Shown: positions 32,283 through 43,700, counted from the first letter of the stretch. The stretch is 64,000 nt of DNA from Barthelona sp. PCE (GCA_040285745.1 JAUFOR010000008.1:930001-994000), one strand, 5' to 3'. Notes: generated by a model not told the origin, from the sequence alone. Made by a program: numbers and translations.

Positions 32283-33416
32283 ATATAAATTATTGACGTT
32301 CCCCTTCTCTCGTGTACATTGGCTCAACACCATTTTTTTGAAAAGGTGAGATAATATAACCATTATCCAGTCATTAATTACGCTCGCTAATGCTCATATC
32401 ATATGTGAAGGTTATTCTGAACTAAAATAAATAATTTGTAAATGAGAATTCTTAAAAAGTGGTGTTTTTATGCTATTTGTTAATTCTGAGTCATTCAGAA
32501 GGTTTCTATGTGATTGGTGAGCTCTAAAATGATGTCAGCTGCTTCCACTATTATTTACCCACCCCAACCTCAAAATTTTATGAGGAAAAGTGTTGTTTTT
32601 ACTCATCCTTGTTAACTTTGGATTTTGTGGTAGGTAGTTTTTGTATTGATTTTTGCAAAATAAATGCTGTATTGTGGGGTATTATAAGTGTTGTGATGGT
32701 GAAACAGAGGCAATATCCACCAAAAGGATCACTGCATCGATATTTAGAATATTTGCGTTCCGGTGCTTTTTACAGAAGTCAACACCGTGGGCAGGCGAGT
32801 GTTGTGTCATACAGGGATTTGCATGTGCGTTGATATGTGGGACTATGCTGTGCGGGGCTGAAGAAACATGTCTCGGCGGTGCAGACCGTCACGAGGGATT
32901 CCGCGCCTGGGTGCGGGCAACAGAAGTACACGCCCGCGTGGCGCGGCGAGGACGGGCGCATCGGCGCTGTGGGTCTGCCGGCACCGATCTTCTGTTTTTA
33001 CTGCTGATTGTGAGTAATATGCTATTTCGTAGGAGGAAATATACATCAGGAGTAAGCACGTGATTCTTCCTCGAGTACTTTGTGAGTACTCACTTCATTT
33101 CTTTCTCCCAGACAGGTGCCTAACTCTGAAGTAAATTTACAATCTTCTGCGATGCTTCAACCATTAAATCACATCTGAATATGGTTTTATATAGAAGATT
33201 GCACCACAAATTTATGATGAGATAGAAAGATTTAATGTAGTATATATGAACATTTTTTTAAAATAGTCATTTGTGGGTATTACTACATTTTATCAGTGAA
33301 AAAATGGTTAATCTTGAATAATCACTGCCGTTATAGCAAAAAATGTATATCTTTAATGCTTTTGATTTTTTCTCCTTACTAAACCTTCAAATTTTTATCA
33401 TATGCATTAGGGAAGC

Positions 33417-35072
33417 ATGAAGTCACCAGAAAAAGACGAAGACCCGTTCGATTTGGTTATACTCATAGATTCTGGTGGAGGAGACTGTGTTTTTGACTCA
33501 TCTAACACCTTTTCAGCAGAATGGAGTAATCTATCATCTGCGTCTCTCAAACAGAATACAGACTTTCACTCATATTTCCGATCGTTCAATAGTGAAATAT
33601 GTAATTACGCATCTGAGTGTTTTTTACCAACTTCAGTCACAAGTTTTTATTATGCACAGCTGCAAAACCTTCCAGCGACCAACCCATGGAGTTATCTTGT
33701 CCAGTATTTCATGGTATCATCACGTTCGTTTTCAACAGTTATGCTGGGACATGCAATCAGACTTATACACGCCTTGATCAGGCTTATTATCGGTGAAAAG
33801 GTGTGCGTCACCAGATATAACGCTCGCGAGAAAGCCAGATTTCAACGTGTTGTTGGTGTCATATATATGTTGGTGAAGGAAGATTATTTAAGTCGAAATA
33901 ACATAGCATTTGATATGCCCATGCGCGTGCCACCCATCAATGATTTCGATAAAACCGCTTGTGATGATGTGCTTTTGCTTTTGACAAATACAATTAGTAA
34001 CACATTAACTACCAGTTACGCAACCCTTGTGTACGGTATGTTCTTTCACGATGACTGTCTTGTTACGCACGCAAGCAACAGGGTATGGAATTTGTCTGGA
34101 TTTGAGGAGTTTGTGTTCCAATATATGGGAAAGTTCGTTATTCGCTCTCACATACTGGGGGAAGTACATGCACGTGGCGACGATTGTCAATTTCACACAT
34201 TGGGTACATGCATAATTGACTGCCGCGTTGTCTATAGCACAGAGGGGGATGCCTTCTTACCTCACATATTCGTTAGCATATTTGATAGTGAACATCCGGA
34301 GTCATATATGGTTTTTTTCTTGAACACATGTTATCCTTCGAGCGTTTCGGATCGTATTAAGGAGAAACGAGATCCAAAAGGGTTGGAGTTTGTCACTAAA
34401 GAGTATTTTGGTTTACATCATTTTCCAGAGATTGATGAAGATGCTCCTGTATTCAAAACATCATCTTTCGTTGAGGCTCCAAAGCAGCAAAGTGCAATTG
34501 GTTACATGATTATCCAACTGTCAACAAAAAAGACGGTGTTTGAACATTTCACAAGAGTTTGGAATTCCTTGTTGTCCATTTATATGACTTTCACAAATTC
34601 ATTTAGCAGCTTTTCAGTTATACATTTCAACCCATGTGCACACTTTCCGGGACTAATCGGGTTTGCAATATATGATTACGGTCGGAATTCAGTATCTAGA
34701 TCGCAGTTTGATAGTGTTCCTCATATACTAAATCTGAGCAATTTTTTATTCGAAGCTAGGCAGATGCTTTTGTTAGGCAACACGTTTTATGTTACGAGCA
34801 CAGATTGTTATTGTTATAGCTATTTTCATTTCAGAGTTGTCAACACTAGTGATAATCTACGTATAGAACAAACAACGGTTGAGAACAGAGTTTTGGTTGA
34901 GGAGAACACTCGTTTCACTTCTGACATCCCTGTTGCTTTATCGAATCAATTAAGTAATGGATACAACAAGAAATCTGTTGTTGAGATATTTCTTTGGCAT
35001 CTGGGATCAATCAACTTTGAACAGGTCTATTCACACGCTCTTACATTACTTGAGGCTAGTTTTAACGATTAG
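33417..35072 (+). CDS. HPS1: HPS1-like (BLOC-3, longin-type Rab GEF subunit)
   Basis: C-terminal HFPGLIGFAIYD...YCYSYFHF...VEIFLWHLGSI resembles the HPS1 FPGLVHFIYVD...SYFLWF...YELLALHLSVI segments. Confidence 0.55.
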   Translation: MKSPEKDEDPFDLVILIDSGGGDCVFDSSNTFSAEWSNLSSASLKQNTDFHSYFRSFNSEICNYASECFLPTSVTSFYYAQLQNLPATNPWSYLVQYFMVSSRSFSTVMLGHAIRLIHALIRLIIGEKVCVTRYNAREKARFQRVVGVIYMLVKEDYLSRNNIAFDMPMRVPPINDFDKTACDDVLLLLTNTISNTLTTSYATLVYGMFFHDDCLVTHASNRVWNLSGFEEFVFQYMGKFVIRSHILGEVHARGDDCQFHTLGTCIIDCRVVYSTEGDAFLPHIFVSIFDSEHPESYMVFFLNTCYPSSVSDRIKEKRDPKGLEFVTKEYFGLHHFPEIDEDAPVFKTSSFVEAPKQQSAIGYMIIQLSTKKTVFEHFTRVWNSLLSIYMTFTNSFSSFSVIHFNPCAHFPGLIGFAIYDYGRNSVSRSQFDSVPHILNLSNFLFEARQMLLLGNTFYVTSTDCYCYSYFHFRVVNTSDNLRIEQTTVENRVLVEENTRFTSDIPVALSNQLSNGYNKKSVVEIFLWHLGSINFEQVYSHALTLLEASFND

Positions 35073-35085
35073 ATACTATATATAT

Positions 35086-38052
35086 TTACTTTTGATTAAG
35101 AAAAGGTATGTAAATGTTCTCTTTAGGTCTTGTTTCAAGTGTTGCTTTATATATTTCTTCCAATCCAACCTCAAAATGCTGTACCCACAACTTAGTATCG
35201 AATAAAGTGCTTGTCTCTCTCATCTTCAACAATTTTCTACGTATATCGGTGTAATATTCTTCATCTGTTGCTAATTGCACCGCTCTTTCGAAATACGCTT
35301 CCTCACTGGTCACAATCAGCTCATCAGATATCTCTGCACCGTAGCTGTTTAAGAGTGATCCAGCTATCCGGCTGCCAAACTTGGTATGACTTCTAGTGAT
35401 CAATGGCATACCTGCAAAAAGCGCATCTGCAGCAACAGTATGTGAGTTAACCTGTGGTGTGTCAAGGAAGACATCTCCAAAAACGTGTCTGTACATATGA
35501 TGTTCTTTCGACGTCATTGGAGCGAAAAAAATACGACTAGACACGTTGTATTCGTCAGAAATGGCATACAGAAGGTCGGCGGCTTCACCAGGCTTCTTCA
35601 ACAGAACGAGAGCAGCGTGTTTGACCTCAGCCAAAATTCGACACCATAGCCTGAACGTTGCTTCATCAATTTTGTAAAGAAAAGAAAAGTTAATAAACAA
35701 GAAGTAATCCAGTGGCAGAACAAAGTCCGTTCGTGTGAAATTGCGAAGCTTGATTGACGCATCGTTCTCTTCCAAAGGCCATGTTTTAATCTCAAGAACC
35801 TCTGGGAAGTACTCCATATGGCTTGTAATAAAGTACGACATCTCCTTAGGGAAGACAAAAAGCCTCTCTCTAAAGTGACTGAGATATTTAAAGGGTGTAA
35901 TATACTCATCAGTAAGAGTGTAGTCTATCCAAGGTGCACCTGTTGATCCCGGCAATCCCAACAGACTGACGCACTTTGGTGCTGGCCTCAGTGCAAAGAT
36001 TTCATTCTTTGTATCACGGGAATGTCCATCCAGTGCAATAAGAATATCAATATTATCATTATATATACGGTGAGCAGCCTCAACAAAGGATAAGTCTTTG
36101 AGCGAGACCAACCTCCGACCCTCATCTGTCGCATCGCGCACACGCTCCAGGTATGTGCTCTCATCTGGATCGCATAAACTGTAGCAAAAAATAGTGAATT
36201 TGGATGTATCGTGATTCTTGAACAAAGAATATGTTAGATGACAGAGAGGATGCTTCCTGAAACATGGTGACACGTAGCCGATGCGGATAGTTCCTTTGCG
36301 ATACCGAGATCCATTATCAAAATCAAAAGGCTCAGTATCATACGTTTTAACAATGTCACTGATATACATGGCATATCGCTCGACAATTCTGAGCGTAAGC
36401 ACTGGTGGGAATGGGTATATCTGTGCATGAAACGGGGTGACGGACGTTTTCAATCCTGCCCTCAGTTGCTGTTCTGTTAGTCGCACCAACTGCTCAAAAA
36501 CATCGTTAATGTGTGACCAGTCGCAGACTTGGAACTTAGTGTGCACCATGGCGGCAAGTACACCGGTGTAGTCCACACCAGGGAGCTTAAGAGCACGTTC
36601 GAAACATTTAATTGCCTCAATCGACTCTTCACAGTCCTTTAGTGCCAATCCAAGCTCGTTCAGCAGAATGGGGTTGTTTGGAAACTCCTTTGAGAGATCC
36701 AACAACTGGTCTCGTGCAGTTACAGCACTGAAATGTTGTCTTTGAATCGAGCAATAGATCAAATTCGCGAGTAACGTTTCTTTCTGTACAGAGCTCTTTT
36801 GCGCTAGGCGTTTTGCCCGCATTGCCTCATTGAGAGCCTTTTGGGGCAAAGACAATTGTAAATATATCTGTGCAAGTGCAACGTGAAGGTTGACATGGTC
36901 GTATTGCTTCAAGCCCAACAATAGAATGCTAATAGCATTGTTGAAAAGACCAACGAAGCGGTAGCAGTCGGCCATGTCTGTGTATACACTCACATTAACT
37001 GGGCCTCCAAGCACACCATCTTCATAAACGCGCAGAGCTTCTGGAAACCGTTTTAGCTTCTGCAAACATAAGGCAATGTGTCTTTTAGCTCGCTCTCCGC
37101 CCATTTCGGCACACTTTTGGTAATATCGAAGTGCGTCCTCGAAGCGATGGCTTAAAAAATACACTTTGGCAAGTGTACTAAGACAGCTAATTAGTGCACC
37201 TTTTTCTTCATCATATTGTTCGAGGATAGAACAGATGGTCTGCAGCTGAGACGCGAGGATTCTGAATTCCTGTGTGCGCAATTTAATATCTGTCGTGTTT
37301 AAATCCCCAATAGTAGACATGAAGCACTTGAGAGCATGAGAGTTATACCCATGTAGTGTTAAAATCTCCATGAACCACCGGCGGGCGCTCGTTTTCATCT
37401 CCATCTGTCTGTATATGTTACCCAAATCAATCTTATAGCTAATGCTATACGGATCATATTCGACAGCCTTTTTGAAGTCTTCACATGCTTTCTTGTAGCT
37501 CAGCAAGTGCACGTGACAATGCCCTCTTGCCGAGTACAAAACGCCATATTGCTTACGGATTTCAACTTCATTTGTATTAGGAAGCAGAGAGAGTGATGAC
37601 GTGTATTCATTAACAGCTTTTTTAAACCTGTTTAACCCATACTGAATATCTCCATACAGGTGGTGTAGGTTACTGTCGTATGGTGCAAGAGATAATGCAC
37701 TATCACATAGAGATTCAGCCTTCTCCATATTACCCTCCTTTAGACAAAAGAATGAGTCAACATACTTCGCTATAGAGTGGTCTCTTTCTGTCTTAGCCAT
37801 GTCATATATTGTTTGAAGTGTTTCTCTTGCCTTATCTTTGTGATTCAATTCCCAATGACACAGTGCAATACGTTTAAGGATAATTATCTTATCATTGAAT
37901 GATCTAAGCAACCCTTTGCAGTGTTGAAGACATCTCTTGTAGTCTGAGTTTAGAAAGTACTCGACAGCAAGGGCAAAGCTGTCTTCTGGTGACTCGTATG
38001 ATGGTGACGTGTTGTCCAATCCTGAGTCTATGATGCCCAGTAAGCCCGGCAT
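35086..38052 (-). CDS. OGT: O-GlcNAc transferase (TPR repeats plus GT41 domain)
   Basis: Multiple TPRs, VCDWS, RIGYVS.CFRKHPLCHL, IDILIALDGHS, IFALRPAP, GLPGSTGA..IDY, LYKID, DVFLDTP..NSHT...DALFAG.P and LFDTK motifs. Confidence 0.93.
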   Translation of the reverse strand: MPGLLGIIDSGLDNTSPSYESPEDSFALAVEYFLNSDYKRCLQHCKGLLRSFNDKIIILKRIALCHWELNHKDKARETLQTIYDMAKTERDHSIAKYVDSFFCLKEGNMEKAESLCDSALSLAPYDSNLHHLYGDIQYGLNRFKKAVNEYTSSLSLLPNTNEVEIRKQYGVLYSARGHCHVHLLSYKKACEDFKKAVEYDPYSISYKIDLGNIYRQMEMKTSARRWFMEILTLHGYNSHALKCFMSTIGDLNTTDIKLRTQEFRILASQLQTICSILEQYDEEKGALISCLSTLAKVYFLSHRFEDALRYYQKCAEMGGERAKRHIALCLQKLKRFPEALRVYEDGVLGGPVNVSVYTDMADCYRFVGLFNNAISILLLGLKQYDHVNLHVALAQIYLQLSLPQKALNEAMRAKRLAQKSSVQKETLLANLIYCSIQRQHFSAVTARDQLLDLSKEFPNNPILLNELGLALKDCEESIEAIKCFERALKLPGVDYTGVLAAMVHTKFQVCDWSHINDVFEQLVRLTEQQLRAGLKTSVTPFHAQIYPFPPVLTLRIVERYAMYISDIVKTYDTEPFDFDNGSRYRKGTIRIGYVSPCFRKHPLCHLTYSLFKNHDTSKFTIFCYSLCDPDESTYLERVRDATDEGRRLVSLKDLSFVEAAHRIYNDNIDILIALDGHSRDTKNEIFALRPAPKCVSLLGLPGSTGAPWIDYTLTDEYITPFKYLSHFRERLFVFPKEMSYFITSHMEYFPEVLEIKTWPLEENDASIKLRNFTRTDFVLPLDYFLFINFSFLYKIDEATFRLWCRILAEVKHAALVLLKKPGEAADLLYAISDEYNVSSRIFFAPMTSKEHHMYRHVFGDVFLDTPQVNSHTVAADALFAGMPLITRSHTKFGSRIAGSLLNSYGAEISDELIVTSEEAYFERAVQLATDEEYYTDIRRKLLKMRETSTLFDTKLWVQHFEVGLEEIYKATLETRPKENIYIPFLNQK

Positions 38053-39200
38053 GCGATATGGGGCTTTGAAGGGATATAGTGAAGAAAAACAGTTAAACAG
38101 AACTCTAATTGGTTTATTAATATTTACAACCAACATGAGTGGGTGAATGTGCATTAGACATTGTTAAAGCTGACTTTTGCATGTCAGCTTAGTGTTTTGT
38201 TATTTTGAGACTTAAGAAGAAAAGGCAACTTAAGATTTGTGGAGTTTTCAATGGTTATCAGACGATATTTATCGAGCAAAAAAGCGATTTAACAGTATGG
38301 TAATACATAAATATAATAACAATAGCAGTTATTCTTTTGATGAAGTGGTTACGCTTTGCAACTATATAAAAAACGAATAACACCCATAACCATTTCGGTG
38401 AGTTTTCTTATTGTAAAGGAAAGCTTATAATTAAGAAAATAAACTAGAAAAATTGAATGCAGGGGGCATTATAGCTAGTGCTTAAGCTTCATAGAATCGA
38501 ACAAAAAGTTTTTGTACATACAGTATTACCATCAGAACAGTTAAAAAAACAATTTTGAAGTTCAATTTCAAAAGCGCGCATTGCGGATGGTGGATTACAG
38601 GTTATATAACATTATCTGACGGTATACTCGCTATTAATAGGCTTTGATTCACTGAATAGAAATACAAAAAGGAGGAATTGTGGAATGTCAACTCATTTTT
38701 TTTTCGAAACTTTTGTATTTCAAGATTTGGATCCTGTAGTTTTCTTCCAATCCAATATTTGCAGAGCCAGGGGAGATATAAAAGCTGAAAGAAAGATTGA
38801 ATTTAATATTTTTATTTTTGTGACTAACTAAGCATGTTTTATGGTTTTTATTGAAAGTCAAGTGGTATATAATATTCCAATTAAGACATGTATTCGATGA
38901 GGAAGCTAGAAAACAATGATTTGCTTTTCTTTCTTGGAATACTGGTCCATTTCGGTTCTGCCCCTAAAAATAAAGTTAAAACATCTAATAAATGTCAGTT
39001 AGACTCCATTATGCCTATTCTTATTACAAAAAGAATGTTCAAATGAAGAGAATTTTTTTCCTGTTAATATGATGGTCTATATACAAATCAAGAGGCTGAG
39101 GCGAGTGCTTAAGGTGTATGTCCGCTGTGAACCAAGACCCTACGTCAGAGTTATCATCCTCCCTCGAAATTCTTTTCTCACCTCTTTCCATAGATATAAT

Positions 39201-39280
39201 GTATGTTGTTGGGTCTACGATCCTGTACAGCCGCTCTTGAAGGCTGTACACCTCTTCTAATACAAGATTCTAACTCTTAG
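39201..39280 (+). other. Predicted spliceosomal intron in the actin 5' UTR (80 nt)
   Basis: GTATGT...CTAACTCTTAG, ending 5 nt before the actin ATG; contains a perfect 9-bp stem. Confidence 0.65.
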
Positions 39281-39285
39281 TGAAC

Positions 39286-40702
39286 ATGAGTGATTCTCTT
39301 CTCCCTGTTGTCATTGATAATGGTATTTTTTCCTTCTAGCTGCTGAACGTGGTCCCACACTGAGTTTAAACCGGTCTGTTTCCACGTCAAGAAGTGTAGA
39401 TAAGAAAGTTTTTTTTTCTTTTTGTCTATATTCTTGTTCAGAGCTTTAGTTTGTATGATTCGTTCTAATATTTAGGTACTGGTGTATGTTTAACAACCAC
39501 GAGGTTATTCCAATCAACACATCGTTGATTTTTTTTCCTTTAGTGATTTTTGCAAATATTGTAGAGATCAAAGCGCTTGGTGCGCAGTAATTGAAGTTTA
39601 TACTAATATTTAGATGTGTAAGGCAGGCTTTGCCGGCGAAGACTACCCCAGAGCTGTTTTCCCCGCCGTTGTCGGTGTTCCCCATTCTGCCTCTTCAAGC
39701 ATGCTTGGTTACGGCAAGAAGGCCAGCTACGTTGGTGAGGACGCCCTCTCTAAGAAGGGTATCCTTACTCTGAACTATCCCATTGAGCACGGTATTGTTA
39801 CCAACTGGGATTACATGGAGCAAATCTGGCACCACTGTTTCTTCACTCAACTTTGCTGCGACCCTTCCGAGCGTCCCGTCTTGTTGACTGAAGCCCCCCG
39901 TAACCCTCGTTCCAACCGTGAGCGTATGGTTTCCGTTATGTTCGATTCCTTCGAGGTTCCCGCCACCTACGTCAAGGTTCAGGCTGTCCTCTCCCTTTAC
40001 GCTTCTGGTCGTACCATTGGTGTCGTCCTCGATTCTGGTGATGGTGTTACTCACACTATTCCTATCTATGAAGGTTTCTGTCTCAACCACGCCATTGACC
40101 ATCTTCGTCTTGCTGGTCGTGATCTCACTCACTGGCTTTCCCGCCTCCTTGAGGATCAGGGTCTCTTCCTCCGTTCTTCTTCTGAGCTCGAGGTTGTTCG
40201 TGACATGAAGGAATCCCTTTGTTACGTCGCCCTTGACTACCAAGAGGAGATGCAGAAGGCTGCTAACTCCAACTCCATTATGAAGCGTTTCGAGCTCCCC
40301 GATGGTAACGTTATTGACCTTGGTACCGAGCGTTTCCGTTGTCCCGAAGCCCTCTTCCAACCCTCTTTCGTCGGTAAGCAAGAGGCTCTTGGTGCTCACG
40401 AGATGGTCTACAAGTCCATTATGAAGTGTGACATTAACGTCCGTGCTGAGCTTTACAACTCCATTGTCCTCTCTGGTGGTTCTACTCTCTTCCCTGGTCT
40501 CGATGCCCGTGTTGAGCGTTCAGTTGCTGCTCTTGCCCCTGCTGCTATGAAGATCAAGGTCTTTGCTCCTGAAGAGCGTAGATACTCTGTCTGGTTGGGT
40601 GGTTCCGTCGTTTCTCACCTTAACTCTTTCAACTCTATGTGGATCACACGTGAAGAGTACGAAGAGTCTGGTGCTTCCATCGTCCATCGCAAGTGCTTCT
40701 AA
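39286..40702 (+). CDS. ACT: Actin (divergent), spliced join(39286..39322,39476..39483,39614..40702), 377 aa
   Basis: Splicing restores [23 protein letters not shown]; also [27 protein letters not shown] and IVHRKCF; strong codon bias. Confidence 0.93.
39323..39475 (+). other. Actin coding intron 1 (153 nt)
   Basis: GTATTT...CTAATATTTAG; required to join VVIDNG to the rest of the gene. Confidence 0.85.
39484..39613 (+). other. Actin coding intron 2 (130 nt)
   Basis: GTATGT...CTAATATTTAG, followed directly by ATG TGT AAG. Confidence 0.88.
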
Positions 40703-40773
40703 TTCTAAGGCACATTCCTGTCACTTTCTTGTAAAACAATGTTTGTTTAAGTAAGTTTTTTATTCAATTATAT

Positions 40774-43700
40774 TCAGTCAACTGCAAAACTATCAAGCAT
40801 ATCACGAACAAAACTCTGTATTCCACGAACTGTTTTAAACTTACCCTTGACAAAACGTAAATATTGTGATTTTAACAATGGAATACTAAACATATTACTT
40901 CTAATTGTAATTTTAAAAACATGATGCATCAACAGTGACATTTCCTTCACAATCTGTTCATGTGTATCATAAATTTCAGCATCAATTTCTAATATAGGTT
41001 GCAATACTTCAATTACTTGCAATAATGTAGATCTCAACTGAATCTTTAGCTCAACTCTACTCTTAATGATATTAATGATATCAGGAGGACTAGTGACCAG
41101 CTTATTTATAGCTAGAAGATAGTGTCGGTCAGCAATAGTGAGGTTCTTTGTGTGCTTAGCGAGCTGAAAGTGCGCAACTCCTGTTGCAATGTCATCGTTA
41201 GCATATTCTGCATGTTTGACTGCTTCTCTTATATGATCTAGTACAACACTTTCATCATCCATATGCATTTCTGTAATCAGAGCATACGTCAAACTGGATT
41301 CACTTGCATGTACATAGATGAGCTTCTCAAGATTCTCATATATACGCCTAATGGGAATCTTGGACAGCTTCATGAAAAACTTTGACTTCCAGATCTTATA
41401 GTAGTCAATAGAAGTTTGGCTTAGCGTATGTGCACGCTCAAAGAGGTCAAGGTTTCCACCATTACGTGCACTATGAAGAGCAGTCTGACTCATGAAAACA
41501 CTAAATATTGCAATCTCATTCCATAGCTCCAAACGCTTTGCCATTGTTAAAGACGACTGGAATAGCTCTAAAGACTTTGTGGCACGCCCCTCTTCCTTGT
41601 AATGAAGTGCACGCAAGAACTGAACGTTGAGCTGGATGATATCACAAATGGTGATGCGTTTGGTTTCTTTATCCTTAAAGAACGGGATAAAAAAGGGCAC
41701 TACGACCTTGTATATGGTGAGAGCTGGATCAAGGAACCCAAAATGTTGCTCTAAAAGCTGTAGAATAGAGTTCGAGTTCGGGGTAACAATCTTCATTGCA
41801 AATACATTAGTTGCCTCAATACGAGATAAATAGTCAACGTTAGAGTCCAATCCCTCCTGTACAGACATGGGGAGATCGTTAACGTTATCCTCAAAGCCTA
41901 ACACACGAGCATTATCAATGAAATCATATGGATCAAACGTTACTGACTCATAATTCGCATCGGTCTGCAATAACAGCTCTTCCATGATATTAGTCCTGCG
42001 CTTGGTCTTCTTTGCGTTGATATATACTCTGTAACTGTCCTTCAGCAACCAGACCAAAATGAATGCCAGTCTGTCCTTTATATTCTTCTCGATGAGGTAC
42101 TTGACAAACAATATTTGGTTGTAAAGAGGCAGTAGGATGCTTCCAAACACAACAAAGATTTCCTTTTCGAAGGAATTGCTCTGAGAAATTGGTAAGAATC
42201 GGATAAGATACTCTGTTCGTGTACAAAGACTATCAAGTAAATCAACATGGAAGTTCATGTTGGCAATCATCGTGTCAATGCTCAGTAAAACATACAAGGA
42301 ATTGAGAGCAAAGAAAAGAAACTGGAAGTATCGTAGAGAAGGTAGATTTAAATACAACAACAGTGTTTGTTGATCCTCTGGATGGACATCGCACATAACC
42401 TGTTGTGTATTTGTCATATCTATAAGCGCATTTTCATCGTACACATTTCGGTTCAGACGAAGGCAGTACGAATGTGGAAGCTTATGAGTCAAATCGAGAA
42501 CATCTATCAAATCTAAGATTTTCTCAAAGAACTTTAGATTCTTGCCGACTGAATTGGCTGTGACTGTTCGCAACTGGCTGTTTTCGAACTCAGTGTCTGC
42601 GATGGAAGGCATGAAATACATGCCCAGCAAAAGCGCTTGATTCAAGTTTAGCAAACACAGCTGACTGTATACTGTTAGTATTGAAAGAGCTGAGCTCATT
42701 CTACAGTTGAATGAGAATCCACTCACACTGCTCTGCAGCAGCACTAGCATCTCACTTAATGTTTCACCCGGTATCATATGTAGCCTTGTTATAAACTTTG
42801 CGAGTGTTGACAGCGTGATCGTGTGCTCAGTATCTAATTCAAATAGTGATGTGTTGTTGTTGAATGTCAGCCGAGCGTATTCGAAGCACAGCAGAGCCAT
42901 AGCACCACAGTGCAGCTTCCGTTGACCAAACACGAATGTGTCAAGCTGGACTCTTCTAATGAGCTCCATATTTGAGCTGGGAGGTAGTACGTCATCCGTA
43001 GTCACGGCCTCGATGGGCACAGTCTCAACTGGCTTGATGGATGTTGCATCGACAACGTAAACGCCACCAGTTACTGTTTGACTGAAAATATTTGCAATTT
43101 TCCTCTGAATTGCATGGCCAATGACTGCGATCCGCTGCTGATAGTGTTCGAGGCAGTACACTTGGTAGTCGAGGATAACTCCCTTATCGTGCGTACATAC
43201 AACAAGATGTGTTGCACCGGAAAAGAAGGCTGCAACAACATATTTAATAAAAACACCATCATGTTTTTCATTGTAGTTCATAAGCTTGAGCACATACCTT
43301 GTTTCACCTTCAGCTTTAGCTTCTTCGTAATCCCATACAATTTCATTAGATCCAATTATGAGTTTCATGGTCTCGATCTGCCAAGTTCCAATGCGTCTGT
43401 ACAGACGTGAATGTTTCAGCGACTTGCTGGAGTACCCACTGGTCGCCTGCGCCGTATGTGTGTACAGGCGGGATTCAAGGGCGTTGTCGACAGTCTCATT
43501 ATCATATAATGTGATTGCGCCGGAATCTTTGGTAACGATGGACTGAGTCTCTTTTCCGGTTGAGAAAAGAGTCGACCCGACACGTTTAACGACAACAGGC
43601 TCACCAGTAACAAGCTTCTGAAGAACAGATGTGTCTGTGATCATGTCTATATTAGATTCGCGTTGGCCGCTCATTTCAAGAAGTAAAAGTGACTCTGTCT

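Noticed and set aside
38155-39000. tRNA or ncRNA in the long OGT-actin intergenic region, including an 8-bp hairpin AAGCTGAC/GTCAGCTT near 38167-38190
   Set aside because: No cloverleaf or other recognisable RNA motif; one short stem is expected by chance.
39116-39193. Possible additional upstream actin intron GTATGTCC...CCATAG
   Set aside because: Lacks the fixed TAAY-N4-AG unit seen in the other introns; the pyrimidine tract looks like the leaders found before other genes.
39323-39613. Intron-hosted snoRNAs in the actin introns
   Set aside because: No correctly ordered C/D boxes or H/ACA boxes were found by eye; needs a covariance-model scan.
39695-40399. 234-aa antisense ORF over actin (likewise antisense ORFs over SLC12 and GDI)
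   Set aside because: By-product of codon bias in the sense gene.
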